Shown here in pieces: positions 1-8,741 of a stretch of DNA of 46,563 nucleotides. The first letter of the stretch is position 1. The number at the start of each line of letters is the position of its first letter. A program made the translations under genes and the position numbers. The stretch spans positions 1 through 46,563 of the forward strand of contig JARIGM010000014.1 of the NCBI GenBank assembly GCA_029288865.1, given 5' to 3'. The notes under the pieces are model-generated. The model made no database searches, was not told the origin of the DNA, and saw nothing but the letters and a program-made list of their open reading frames with translations. Source of the DNA: Candidatus Kaiserbacteria bacterium (GTDB taxonomy: Bacteria > Patescibacteriota > Minisyncoccia > Phycocordibacterales > Phycocordibacteraceae).

Positions 1-2441
1 ACGTTTCCAAAGACTGCATCACGAATCTTCTCATCTATTTGCGCGAGGTACTGGTGAGCAATCGTAAGAGAAAGTTTGTACTTTCGAGCCTCCGAAAGAA
101 TACCTGGGATGGAATCCGTGGTGATGTTTTGGAACTCGTCGATGTAGAAATAGAATGGCGGAAAGTTTCCGCGCGGATTATCTGCGCGTGAAAGCGCTGC
201 CATGAACAACTTTCCAACAAGAATCAAACCGAGCAGGTTCGCGTTACGTTCTCCAAGGCGGCCTTTTGAGAGATTCACGAGCAAGATCTTCTTGGTATCG
301 ATGACATTACGGAAATTGAACGATGAATTCTGCTGCCCGATGATCGGGCGCATGAAGTCGTTTGCAGTGAAGTCGTCAAACTTGTTCGTGATGTACGGTA
401 CGATATTTTCAAGCGACGCATCACCGCCGGCTTTCGTCGCAATCTCATTCCAGAACTGATTCACGACCGGATTCAAGCTGCGTGAAAGCTTAAGCGCGCG
501 GAAATTCGCATCGGACAGCACACGCGCGATATCCATCATCGTGGAGCCGGTTTCAGGATCTTCCATCACGAGCAATGTCGCATTGCGGAAATACTGTTCG
601 AATGCCGGACCCATTGATTCTGGCACATCGCCATAGAGACGACGGAAGATTGCGAGAATCTCATTCACCACGAACGTCTTCTGTTCGGGATATGCTGGGT
701 CATATTCGAGCAAGTTGAGACCGAACGGACGTGCGACATATGCGGGATCGAAATAGATCACGTCTTCGTAGCGTTCCGGTGGCACGGCCGCTAGCACATC
801 GAGCACGTCGTTTCCGTGCGGATCAATGAAGCACACTCCCTCTCCGTTGCGAATATCCTGTTCAATCAAGGTCTTCAAGAAACCTGTCTTACCTGTTCCG
901 GTTTGTCCGATCACATACAGGTGACGAAGACGATCTGGTGGCGCAAGACGAACTTCCGTGGTTGCAGCACGGAAGGTATTCGTACCGATCACGAGTCCTT
1001 CTCCAGGCAATTCCATTGGCGCTGGTGCAGTCGCGAAGCGAGCTTGCTTCAGATGCGGCGACGATTCGATACCCTTCGGCGGGAAGTGGAACATTGTGGT
1101 AAGCTCGCGGAGTGATATCGGCATCTCATTCGAATGTGAGAACAGGCGGAACGTAAAGTCGTGGAATAATCGTTTCTGATCCCCTTTTCCTGGTCGCTTC
1201 CACACGATCTTATTACTGCGTGGACTCTCGAACTGATTAAAGGCAGCCTCCATCTCGCCAAGGAGCTGGTGCGCACGCTGAGCGCTTTGTGATGAGACCA
1301 CGAGCCGAATATTCACAGCCACCGTTGTCGTTTGGAGTTTCTTCTCGACGAGCTCGATCACATGCTGATTCGCCTTGCTCGGATCGAGTTCTTTCGGCTT
1401 CATGAGAAGCGTACTCGTCTCACGAAGGAACTCACCCGCCAAAGATTCGGGGGTCGAGAGCGCACGATGCACTTCCATACCATCCTTAAGAGAGACCAGC
1501 ACCCGACGGAAATGATGATTAAACCGTTCGCCTTGCGGCTGGATCATGATCTGGAGCGCAGCGCCTTCATCTTCGGCTCCGATCTTTGCGAATGCATTCA
1601 ATACCGAGTTGAGCGGATCGTAATCAAATTCTGAATAGTCCTTGAGTGGCAACATCGGCTTATCTATCAAGCGAGCGACTGATCCATATGATGTACCGTC
1701 TTGCACGAAGACATTGTAGTCATTCGGCTGCGGCGTGAGATGCGCGTCCGGGAATATCGCGAGAATCTGCTTTTCGAAAAGGTCAGCACGACTATTTGGA
1801 ACTGATGCGTAGAAATTAAGATGCGAACGGTCTACCGGTACGGCAAGTTCAAGCGAAAAGTACGGCGGCTCACCCGCATACGCTTCGGAAACCGACAACA
1901 TACCGGAATAGAATTGCTCCATTGAGGAGATCATCTCCTTGAGATGCTTTGCCTTGTCTTCGGTGCCGCCATCTGGTTCCGGTAGGGCGATCTCGTAGAG
2001 CGTCTGATGCAACGCTTTCCACGCAGGCTGATTCTCGCCGAATCCCTTCACTTGCATTCCCGAGATGATGTATTGCACGAGGAACCGATGGAAGTCGTCT
2101 TCAAGGTGCGGGCTGTCGAGCTTTTCGAGCACAGAAAAGGCGTTCTTTATCCCTTTCTGTTCCATGATACTGCGAAGCTCGGCCATAGTGTCGTCATCGC
2201 TTTCGGGATCGAGATTGAGCGCAAGTTCCTGCGCTTCGGAGTCAGAGATCTGATACGCAGGCGCGAGCGTCTCGGTCGCAGTCTCGCGATGGTGGAGTAT
2301 ACGTTCATGCGCCACGAGTGCACGCGGCTGCTCTTGCTTGGATGCGATCAGTTCTTTTTCTTTTGCCTCCACTTGAGCACGCAAATATGCGAGCTCATCT
2401 TCAGGAGACGCGATCGGTTGCGTCGGATTCTCGAATGCCAT
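1..2441 (-). CDS. VirD4/TraD/TrwB-like type IV coupling ATPase (HerA/FtsK superfamily), truncated at the left window edge
   Basis: Absent from the ORF track because no stop lies in the window. Manual translation from ATG 2441 (MAFENPTQPIASPEDELAYLRAQ...) gave Walker A RHLYVIGQTGTGKT, FIDPHG, NLSKGRLGE and Walker B YFYIDEFQN...LSEARKY...AHQY, ending DAVFGN at the edge. TATACT lies 7 nt before the ATG. Confidence 0.88.
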   Translation of the reverse strand, partial: MAFENPTQPIASPEDELAYLRAQVEAKEKELIASKQEQPRALVAHERILHHRETATETLAPAYQISDSEAQELALNLDPESDDDTMAELRSIMEQKGIKNAFSVLEKLDSPHLEDDFHRFLVQYIISGMQVKGFGENQPAWKALHQTLYEIALPEPDGGTEDKAKHLKEMISSMEQFYSGMLSVSEAYAGEPPYFSLELAVPVDRSHLNFYASVPNSRADLFEKQILAIFPDAHLTPQPNDYNVFVQDGTSYGSVARLIDKPMLPLKDYSEFDYDPLNSVLNAFAKIGAEDEGAALQIMIQPQGERFNHHFRRVLVSLKDGMEVHRALSTPESLAGEFLRETSTLLMKPKELDPSKANQHVIELVEKKLQTTTVAVNIRLVVSSQSAQRAHQLLGEMEAAFNQFESPRSNKIVWKRPGKGDQKRLFHDFTFRLFSHSNEMPISLRELTTMFHFPPKGIESSPHLKQARFATAPAPMELPGEGLVIGTNTFRAATTEVRLAPPDRLRHLYVIGQTGTGKTGFLKTLIEQDIRNGEGVCFIDPHGNDVLDVLAAVPPERYEDVIYFDPAYVARPFGLNLLEYDPAYPEQKTFVVNEILAIFRRLYGDVPESMGPAFEQYFRNATLLVMEDPETGSTMMDIARVLSDANFRALKLSRSLNPVVNQFWNEIATKAGGDASLENIVPYITNKFDDFTANDFMRPIIGQQNSSFNFRNVIDTKKILLVNLSKGRLGERNANLLGLILVGKLFMAALSRADNPRGNFPPFYFYIDEFQNITTDSIPGILSEARKYKLSLTIAHQYLAQIDEKIRDAVFGN

Positions 2442-2496
2442 TACACAAAGTATACGCCATCACAGGCGAGCATGTGCAATCCTTCAGAGGATAATC

Positions 2497-2835
2497 TTAG
2501 GCTGACTTCCGCATTCCGATACTGAAGAGTGCATTGATGAGCGACACCGCGATCGAGAAGAAGAATGCAGACCAAAATCCAGCAACGCCGAACCCAGGAA
2601 CCATCATGCCCAGGAGTAATATGATGAGCGCGTTCAAGACGAGCGAAAAGATTCCAAGCGTCACGATATTAAGCGGGAGCGTAAGGATATTCAAGATCGG
2701 CTTGATGAATACATTGATGAGCCCGATGAGCACAGCGAGCACGAGCGCGCTCAAGATGCTGATGTGCACGCCAGGAACGATAAGTGCTGCAATTAGAATA
2801 GCGACAGTGAGGATGATCCAGTGAATGATAGACAT
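2497..2835 (-). CDS. 4-TM phage-holin-family (YvlD-like) membrane protein
   Basis: Hydrophobic 112-aa protein from MSIIHW with the family pattern LINVFIKPILNILTLPLNIVTLGIFSLVLNAL...VPGF.V.GFWSAF. Confidence 0.8.
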   Translation of the reverse strand: MSIIHWIILTVAILIAALIVPGVHISILSALVLAVLIGLINVFIKPILNILTLPLNIVTLGIFSLVLNALIILLLGMMVPGFGVAGFWSAFFFSIAVSLINALFSIGMRKSA

Positions 2836-2845
2836 ATATATAATG

Positions 2846-3892
2846 TTAAACGTATAAGAAGAACGCGATTGCCATGATGAGATATGCAAACATAAGTTGT
2901 ATTCCTTCAAACCAGTTGCTTTCCCCGTCTTCGATGACTACATTGGTCACCAGAACCGAGAATATCAGAGCTGACAGCTCGAAAACCGTGAAGATGAGGT
3001 CCATTGGGTGCCCGAGCACCAGACTTAGGAGTACCAGCGCTGGCGCGACGAACATAATGATCTGCGTGGCTGAACCGACAGCGATAGAAAGTGTCAGATC
3101 CATGCGATCATCCATTGCTGCTCGGATCGCAGAAAGGTGCTCGGCAACATTGCCCACTACCGCTACCACGACTACACCGATGAAAAGCTGTGTCCAGCCT
3201 AACTGCACGACAATCGGTTCAATCGTACTGACGAGCGTCTCGCTCACCAATGCGACAGCAACCGTCGCACCCCCAAGAATCCAAATGCTTTGCCAGAGCG
3301 TCCACTTAGTAGGATTATCAGCCGCCTCTTCTTCGTAGAGATGCTTATGCGTCTTGAGAGAAAAGAACAAGCTCGCGATGTAGGCCCCAATCATAAGAAT
3401 AGAAACGAGTACTGAAAGCAACATGATCGTGTGCGGAGTCACATCTGCCGATGTAGCCCCAAACATCGCTGGTACCACGAGCGCGATCGTCGCGAGCAGC
3501 AGCATCGAAGCTGCCGCCTTTGCAGCAGTCGCGTTGAATACCTGCTTCTTTCGTGTGCGACCTCCCATAAAGATGGCCATACCGAGCACGAGGAGCAGAT
3601 TTCCGATGATCGATCCAGTAATGGATGCTTTCACCACCTGAATGAGCCCAGCTTGGAGCGCGAATATACCAATGATAAGTTCGGTCGCATTCCCGAATGT
3701 CGCATTCAAGAGCCCCCCAAGTGCTGGAGTCGTTTTTGCGGCCAATTCTTCCGTCGCGTCGCCTATAACCTTAGCGAGCGGTACGATTGCAGCAAGCGAT
3801 AAGGTGAACGTGAGCGCAGCCGGAAGGTGTAAGAAACCGGAAAGTAACGCGAACGGCGTGAGCGCGAGCAAGCCCCATTGCAGGAATTTCAT
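2846..3892 (-). CDS. cax: Ca2+/H+ antiporter (CaCA/CAX family)
   Basis: Alpha-repeat motifs GLLNATFGNATELI, GSIIGNLLL and VVGNVAEH; C-terminal DGESNWFEG; about 10 TM segments. Confidence 0.93.
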   Translation of the reverse strand: MKFLQWGLLALTPFALLSGFLHLPAALTFTLSLAAIVPLAKVIGDATEELAAKTTPALGGLLNATFGNATELIIGIFALQAGLIQVVKASITGSIIGNLLLVLGMAIFMGGRTRKKQVFNATAAKAAASMLLLATIALVVPAMFGATSADVTPHTIMLLSVLVSILMIGAYIASLFFSLKTHKHLYEEEAADNPTKWTLWQSIWILGGATVAVALVSETLVSTIEPIVVQLGWTQLFIGVVVVAVVGNVAEHLSAIRAAMDDRMDLTLSIAVGSATQIIMFVAPALVLLSLVLGHPMDLIFTVFELSALIFSVLVTNVVIEDGESNWFEGIQLMFAYLIMAIAFFLYV

Positions 3893-3915
3893 GGATACAG
3901 TATAGCAAATCCCTT

Positions 3916-4602
3916 CTAGGGGGTTGCAAATGAGAAACTTTGAACGATCGGTGTCAGTTCGCTGTAATGCTGCTCAAGGTCCGCATCAGAAATATCCTTC
4001 GGACTCGCCGGATCATCATGATAGCTTGAGCCAGCTTGTACTTGTTCAAGTGCGATGCACTTCCCGTCATGAACGGTGCGGTAACTGAGGCTCTTCGCAT
4101 ACTGCATCATGCCTGCCTCTTGTGATGCGAAGACCTTCCATGTTGTGCCATTCATGGTTACATCTGGCTGTGGCAACTCGCCATCACCTACCTTCGTACA
4201 CGCCGCAAGCTCTCTGCGATTCGTGCTCGCACCGATTCGTACTTCTGCATCAAAGTATCGCGGATACGTATTCTCGCTCTGCGTGCGATATCCGATGATT
4301 GAGAATATGGGTGTGCCGGTTGCATTCGGGAGTGCTCCTATGCGCCATGAATCGGAAAGATGGTAGTAGGCGCTAAACGAAGAAGTTGCCTCATCTTTCT
4401 GCGGATAGAAAATCGAGAACCCATACTCACCATTTGTATAAATAGCCATACCAGTGAGTGGAGGTGTGGTAGAAGCTTCAGTAACGTTCTGCGAGACTGG
4501 CGCCACTGGCTTTGCGACATGAGATGCAGCGCCCCACCAGATCACCGCCACAATAGCAATCATACCGATTCCGAGAACAGCATAAAATGCAGATGTTTTC
4601 AT
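3916..4602 (-). CDS. Membrane-anchored extracytoplasmic protein, probable PsbP/Mog1-like fold
   Basis: N-terminal TM helix; YTNGEYGFSIFYP near the N-terminus and IVQSFSF at the C-terminus; paralogous to 8051-8737. Confidence 0.6.
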   Translation of the reverse strand: MKTSAFYAVLGIGMIAIVAVIWWGAASHVAKPVAPVSQNVTEASTTPPLTGMAIYTNGEYGFSIFYPQKDEATSSFSAYYHLSDSWRIGALPNATGTPIFSIIGYRTQSENTYPRYFDAEVRIGASTNRRELAACTKVGDGELPQPDVTMNGTTWKVFASQEAGMMQYAKSLSYRTVHDGKCIALEQVQAGSSYHDDPASPKDISDADLEQHYSELTPIVQSFSFATP

Positions 4603-4617
4603 ATATTCAGTATATCG

Positions 4618-6303
4618 CTACATCACCTGTCGAAGATAGGCACGTGCTAGCTTCAGCTCGTCATATGAATATGCTTCGGCAAGACGATTGTATACGGGCG
4701 AAAGTTTCTCAAAGCCGAGTGTCTGAAATGCTTCAGCAATCGGTACCAGACGTGCTCGCAGTACCTCCGGCAAAAGTTGCTCGAGCTGTTGCGGCGTAAT
4801 CTTTCCGAGGGTTGCGAGCTTTTCCGCATGTTCGACAATCGTTCCGAAACCAAGACCTCTCATCTCCGCTATTTCTTGGATTGATTTTCCCTCCTCGAGA
4901 GCTGCAAGAGTAATTTCATACGTCGTCTGACGACCAGTAGACTTGACTTTAGGTTTTGCAATTATGGGAGCCGCTATGAGCGTGCCACCGCAAGCCTGAA
5001 TGAATCGTTCTTCCATGGTCGTGCGTTCGCCAAAGGATTCGAGCTCTTTGAAGAAATCTTCTGCATTTACCGAAGCCTCTTGGAAATCAAAGTCGCGCCG
5101 AGAGACTTCCGGATGCACAGCTGCTGCTTGTGCGCTCCATCCGAGCAGATAGAGACCCTCGAGCGTTCGTACGCGAGAAAGCGCCACATACCCTTGTCCA
5201 TATTCGAATGCACGAGAGAGATCCATCGCAGCCGCGTCGAGGCTTTGTCCTTGGCTCTTATGGATAGTTATCGCCCAGGCCAGCCGCAACGGAATCTGTG
5301 AAATACTTGCCCGTACCTTTCCTTCATCTTCAACGACCCATTCAACAGGTTGGATCGTGATACGTCGTTCGTCTAACGTCTCGAGAATCGGATACGATGT
5401 TCCGGATTCGAATCCAACGATACGCCCGACTGTTCCGTTTACATAGCCCAAGTTCGCATTATTCTTCGTGCACATCACGACTGCATCCTCCTTCAAAACA
5501 AGTTTTTCAGGCGATAGACACCCCCGTTTCAAGCCTTCAACGAGATTTGCTTTACCATTCGTCTCCATCTCGAAATTATGAGTCACGCCTGGAAGAGCCT
5601 TTAGCTGGGTGTCATTCAGGCGATCAACGTCGGCGTTATGCGTGTAGAGTCGAGGTATATCCTCGGGAATCTCTTCTGCCGTAATGAACCGCTCGCGGAG
5701 TGTCTCAGACTCATCTTCGGCAAAAGTACCGGAACGGATTGCACCAAGCAACGAGAGGAACGTGCGATCATCTTGACGATGCTGTTCGGTCAGATAACAC
5801 GTGATCGGATTCAGGTCGTGCCATGCTTGTGATTGGAATGCGAACGGCGTCGTACTTCCTGCGCGGGCGATCGGTGGCAATTGGAAGAAATCACCCACCA
5901 TAACTACCTGTAATCCGCCGAATGCCATATCATTGCCGCGCACTTGCCGACAGACAGCATCTACCGCGTCGAGCACGACCGCAGAAAGCATTGAGATCTC
6001 GTCAATAATTAATATGGACGTCTTTTGTATACGTTTCGCGACTGGCTCCTTGCTTGCGATCTGATCGATGTCATACGGAGTGAATCTATCCAAGATGCCG
6101 AGCCCGCTCCACGCATGCAATGTCATACCGTGCACGTGCGTCGCAGCAACGCCGGTCGATGCGGTGATGGCAGGCTCAATAGAATGCTCGCGCAGCCAGT
6201 CTATGTATGCCTTTATAGTATGTGTCTTACCACTGCCAGGAGATCCTGTCAGGAATACGTTTGCACCGGTTCGAAGTATCAATAGCGCCTCTTTTTGGGT
6301 CAT
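4618..6303 (-). CDS. PIF1/RecD-like SF1B DNA helicase with a C-terminal helix-turn-helix domain
   Basis: Walker A FLTGSPGSGKT; IIDEISM, VGDFFQLPP, LTEQHRQ, LAWAITIHKSQG and GQGYVALSRVR motifs. Confidence 0.92.
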   Translation of the reverse strand: MTQKEALLILRTGANVFLTGSPGSGKTHTIKAYIDWLREHSIEPAITASTGVAATHVHGMTLHAWSGLGILDRFTPYDIDQIASKEPVAKRIQKTSILIIDEISMLSAVVLDAVDAVCRQVRGNDMAFGGLQVVMVGDFFQLPPIARAGSTTPFAFQSQAWHDLNPITCYLTEQHRQDDRTFLSLLGAIRSGTFAEDESETLRERFITAEEIPEDIPRLYTHNADVDRLNDTQLKALPGVTHNFEMETNGKANLVEGLKRGCLSPEKLVLKEDAVVMCTKNNANLGYVNGTVGRIVGFESGTSYPILETLDERRITIQPVEWVVEDEGKVRASISQIPLRLAWAITIHKSQGQSLDAAAMDLSRAFEYGQGYVALSRVRTLEGLYLLGWSAQAAAVHPEVSRRDFDFQEASVNAEDFFKELESFGERTTMEERFIQACGGTLIAAPIIAKPKVKSTGRQTTYEITLAALEEGKSIQEIAEMRGLGFGTIVEHAEKLATLGKITPQQLEQLLPEVLRARLVPIAEAFQTLGFEKLSPVYNRLAEAYSYDELKLARAYLRQVM

Positions 6304-6320
6304 GCGTTCATTCTACCAGT

Positions 6321-6353
6321 GAGTTCTAAAATAAACCTGAAGGAGTTCTAAAG
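6321..6353. repeat. Direct repeat GAGTTCTAAA x2 over the helicase promoter region
   Basis: Identical 10-mers at 6321-6330 and 6344-6353 (23-bp period), just upstream of the TAGAAT -10 box at 6310-6315. Confidence 0.5.
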
Positions 6354-6367
6354 AAAAGCTGAGTTTT

Positions 6368-7282
6368 TTACAAATCTGGAGTTGATGTTGCAGTTTGATC
6401 GGTGGTCGTAGCAGCTGTAGTGGTGGCAGTCGTGGTCGCTTCGGTGGTCGAGGCAGGCGCAGCCATAAGCATGATGCCAGCCGCTCGTCGTTCAAATAGC
6501 GACGATTCTTCGATTTGGCGCTCATGTGCCTGGGTTGCAATAGCAACCCGCACCGGTGAACTGCTCGTGGCTTTGAGCAGACTCGCTTCGGTGGCTTCTC
6601 GAGATTCCTGCACTGCTGCCCGAGCACCACTCACCGTCTGGAAGAGGATCGCAAGGCGTGCTGTGGTTGTTGCATCACCATCTGCCGCAAGCCGTGGTGC
6701 AAGCGTTGCAATCAGCATCGCATGCGCAGATAAACGGGCTTCAAGGTCTGAGCGTACGGCGAGTGCGCCCGCAGAGTTGCCTCGCGCAGCAAGCGTATCA
6801 GCGGCTTGTTCAGATTTTGTTGTATGAAGTGCGAGCTGCTGCTCGATATAAGCACTGGTCGATGCCGTGAGATTATTTTGCGCTGCAAGCGTCGACGCTT
6901 CTGAAAGTCGGCGTTCTGCAAGCACGTTTTCCCATGACGCCTTCCCTTCTGTCGTTGGAATAAGCGCGCCCTGGATCGGCTCGATAACAGCAACTTTTAC
7001 GGTATAAAATGGCTGACCAGGCAATGAATCTTCAGCTGCATACGATACGCCGATTCCACCGGCCATAAGTACAACAACGGCTGCTACCAGTCCACTTAAC
7101 CGCCACGCCATGAACGGAGACATGAATGGTGAAGGGATCGGCCGTGCAGGAACCTGGTGCATATCTGCATACGAAATAAGCCGATCACGCATGTCGCGCT
7201 TTTCGGTCTCTGAAAGCCGGATGCTCTTCAGTTCGGTGAGGAATGATTCAGGGTCTGTGTGGCGGGATTTATTCATGGGCAT
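6368..7282 (-). CDS. Putative anti-sigma factor (single TM, DUF5667-like extracytoplasmic helical domain)
   Basis: Start (7282 or 7276) overlaps the sigma factor stop; one TM followed by AEDSLPGQPFYTVK...E and LAERRLSEA motifs; Thr-rich tail. Confidence 0.72.
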   Translation of the reverse strand: MPMNKSRHTDPESFLTELKSIRLSETEKRDMRDRLISYADMHQVPARPIPSPFMSPFMAWRLSGLVAAVVVLMAGGIGVSYAAEDSLPGQPFYTVKVAVIEPIQGALIPTTEGKASWENVLAERRLSEASTLAAQNNLTASTSAYIEQQLALHTTKSEQAADTLAARGNSAGALAVRSDLEARLSAHAMLIATLAPRLAADGDATTTARLAILFQTVSGARAAVQESREATEASLLKATSSSPVRVAIATQAHERQIEESSLFERRAAGIMLMAAPASTTEATTTATTTAATTTDQTATSTPDL

Positions 7283-7775
7283 GGATTCTGTCTTGGATCT
7301 TCTTGAGGCCGCGGTGGATACGGACCGAGACGACATTTGCTGAGAGCTTGAGAGTTTTGGCAATGTCTTGCGGCGTGAGACCTTCAACAAATCGAAGTGT
7401 CAGGATTTCGCGAGTGTCATCATCGAGTTCCTGCATCACACCAAGGATCTCAGAGTATTCCGCCTGCGTCGTTATATCCGTATCAGCAGTACCAGCAAAC
7501 TCGACTCCCGTATCAGTGATTTCATCAAGCGAGCTCTCCTTCTTGCGTCGGTACCAGTCAGTGATGAGGTTGCGGGATACTGTGTAAAGATAGGCTCGAT
7601 GATTTTGAATGCGCTCTCCCGAGCGGAGCGTCTGCCAATAACGCATAAAGGTCTCTTGCGTAATGTCCTGGGCCCGCTCTCGACTACTCACCTTCAGCAA
7701 GCAGAATCGGAAGATCGCGTCAGCATGAGCATCATATGTCTCCAAGAAGAGCTCTTTAGTCTTCACTGAATCCAT
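7269..7775 (-). CDS. ECF-type RNA polymerase sigma-70 factor
   Basis: 168 aa; region 2 AQDITQETF...W...YLYTVSRNLITDWYR; region 4 REILTLRFVEGLTPQDIAKTL...VSVRIHRG. Confidence 0.92.
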   Translation of the reverse strand: MDSVKTKELFLETYDAHADAIFRFCLLKVSSRERAQDITQETFMRYWQTLRSGERIQNHRAYLYTVSRNLITDWYRRKKESSLDEITDTGVEFAGTADTDITTQAEYSEILGVMQELDDDTREILTLRFVEGLTPQDIAKTLKLSANVVSVRIHRGLKKIQDRIHAHE

Positions 7776-7781
7776 AGATAG

Positions 7782-7807
7782 AGACGTGCGTCACCCTTTA
7801 TTCTTAC
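7782..7807 (-). promoter_or_regulatory. Candidate ECF-type autoregulatory promoter (GTAAG-N16-CGTCT)
   Basis: CGTCT lies 6 nt upstream of the sigma ATG, where other genes here carry TAnnnT. It resembles the AAC-N16/17-CGT ECF consensus, with AAG in place of AAC. Confidence 0.35.
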
Positions 7808-7838
7808 TGAGATACCTGCGCGCATAGATATATGGTAC

Positions 7839-7888
7839 CAGATACACACGAAAAGCGGCCACTTGTGGCCGCTTTTCGTGTGTATCTG
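7839..7888. terminator. 24-bp perfect inverted repeat with a 2-nt loop; probable terminator
   Basis: CAGATACACACGAAAAGCGGCCAC-TT-GTGGCCGCTTTTCGTGTGTATCTG, about 10 nt downstream of the small ORF stop at 7898. Confidence 0.75.
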
Positions 7889-7897
7889 CCTGCTCTG

Positions 7898-7993
7898 CTA
7901 GACATGAGACCCGAGCACGAACAGTCCCAGAATAGCCGCAATGAGAATTGCTGGCACTGCAAGCATGAGGTCATACTTAAATAGGTTCAACAT
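7898..7993 (-). CDS. 31-aa single-TM small protein
   Basis: MLNLFKYDLMLAVPAILIAAILGLFVLGSHV; fills an otherwise empty gap and is followed by a hairpin. Confidence 0.5.
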   Translation of the reverse strand: MLNLFKYDLMLAVPAILIAAILGLFVLGSHV

Positions 7994-8050
7994 AGCCGTG
8001 TGAAAGTTCGCTGGTAATGCCAGCACTATGCCACGACGACGATGAAGGCT

Positions 8051-8737
8051 TTATGAGGTGAACTTGAAGCTTTGGACGATGCTCTCGAGCGCTTGCTGGA
8101 CCTTTGCTTCATCGAATGCAGTTATGCCTGAATTCGATGGGTAGTTCTGGATATTGCTTGAATGGATCGTGTATTCGATCGCGTAGCACTGGCCGTTATG
8201 TACCGTACGATAACTCGTCGTCGTGTAGAGATTTCCTGCTCCCGCATCGCTGCTGACGTATCGAGTGTATGGTACTCCATTGATCGTCACGAGGCTCTTC
8301 TGCACGGGAGTTCCGCTCGCAGGTGCCGCAAGACAGCCACTAACCGCTGCAGGATGCGGACTCGTGCCCACTGTAAATTTCGCATCACCGAAATTAGTCT
8401 TTGGTTCAAATGATTGTGGCACTACAACCTTAACAAGTAAGAGGCCGTCTGCGGTTGAGTTCACCATCCAATCTTGGACGTAATCGGTACTTCCGCCAGA
8501 AAGGGTAAAGGCAGATGGGTAGCTGAAGCTGAAGAGCTTGTTCGGATCAGCGTATGCAGTGGTACCTGATGATGGATTTGCCTGCGTTGAGGTTGAAACG
8601 GTTGCAGGAGTGTTCGAGACCGTTATGTTCGTCGTTGGAGCAACTGCATGATTTGCACCCACGACATAGGCAATGACACCCAGGATAATGAGAGCAATGA
8701 TCACGGCAGCGATGAGGATTTCTGGTGATTTTTTCAT
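8051..8737 (-). CDS. Membrane-anchored extracytoplasmic protein, probable PsbP/Mog1-like fold
   Basis: Start MKKSPE with TACAAT 6 nt upstream; N-terminal TM; YADPNKLFSFSYP, SYRTVHNGQCYAIE and IVQSFKF; paralog of 3916-4602. Confidence 0.6.
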   Translation of the reverse strand: MKKSPEILIAAVIIALIILGVIAYVVGANHAVAPTTNITVSNTPATVSTSTQANPSSGTTAYADPNKLFSFSYPSAFTLSGGSTDYVQDWMVNSTADGLLLVKVVVPQSFEPKTNFGDAKFTVGTSPHPAAVSGCLAAPASGTPVQKSLVTINGVPYTRYVSSDAGAGNLYTTTSYRTVHNGQCYAIEYTIHSSNIQNYPSNSGITAFDEAKVQQALESIVQSFKFTS

Positions 8738-8741
8738 ACCC

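Noticed and set aside
2007-2525. Many 60-235 aa antisense or alternate-frame ORFs (e.g. 2007-2525, 23658-24323, 24876-25511, 42313-43020)
   Set aside because: They are shadows of well-supported genes on the opposite strand, with no motifs or start signals
2497-2835. Holin-family gene as evidence of a prophage
   Set aside because: No integrase, terminase, capsid, tail or endolysin genes nearby; this 4-TM family is common on bacterial chromosomes
6368-6440. ACC/ACT-rich short repeats in Thr-rich protein tails
   Set aside because: Explained by low-complexity coding sequence rather than an independent DNA repeat
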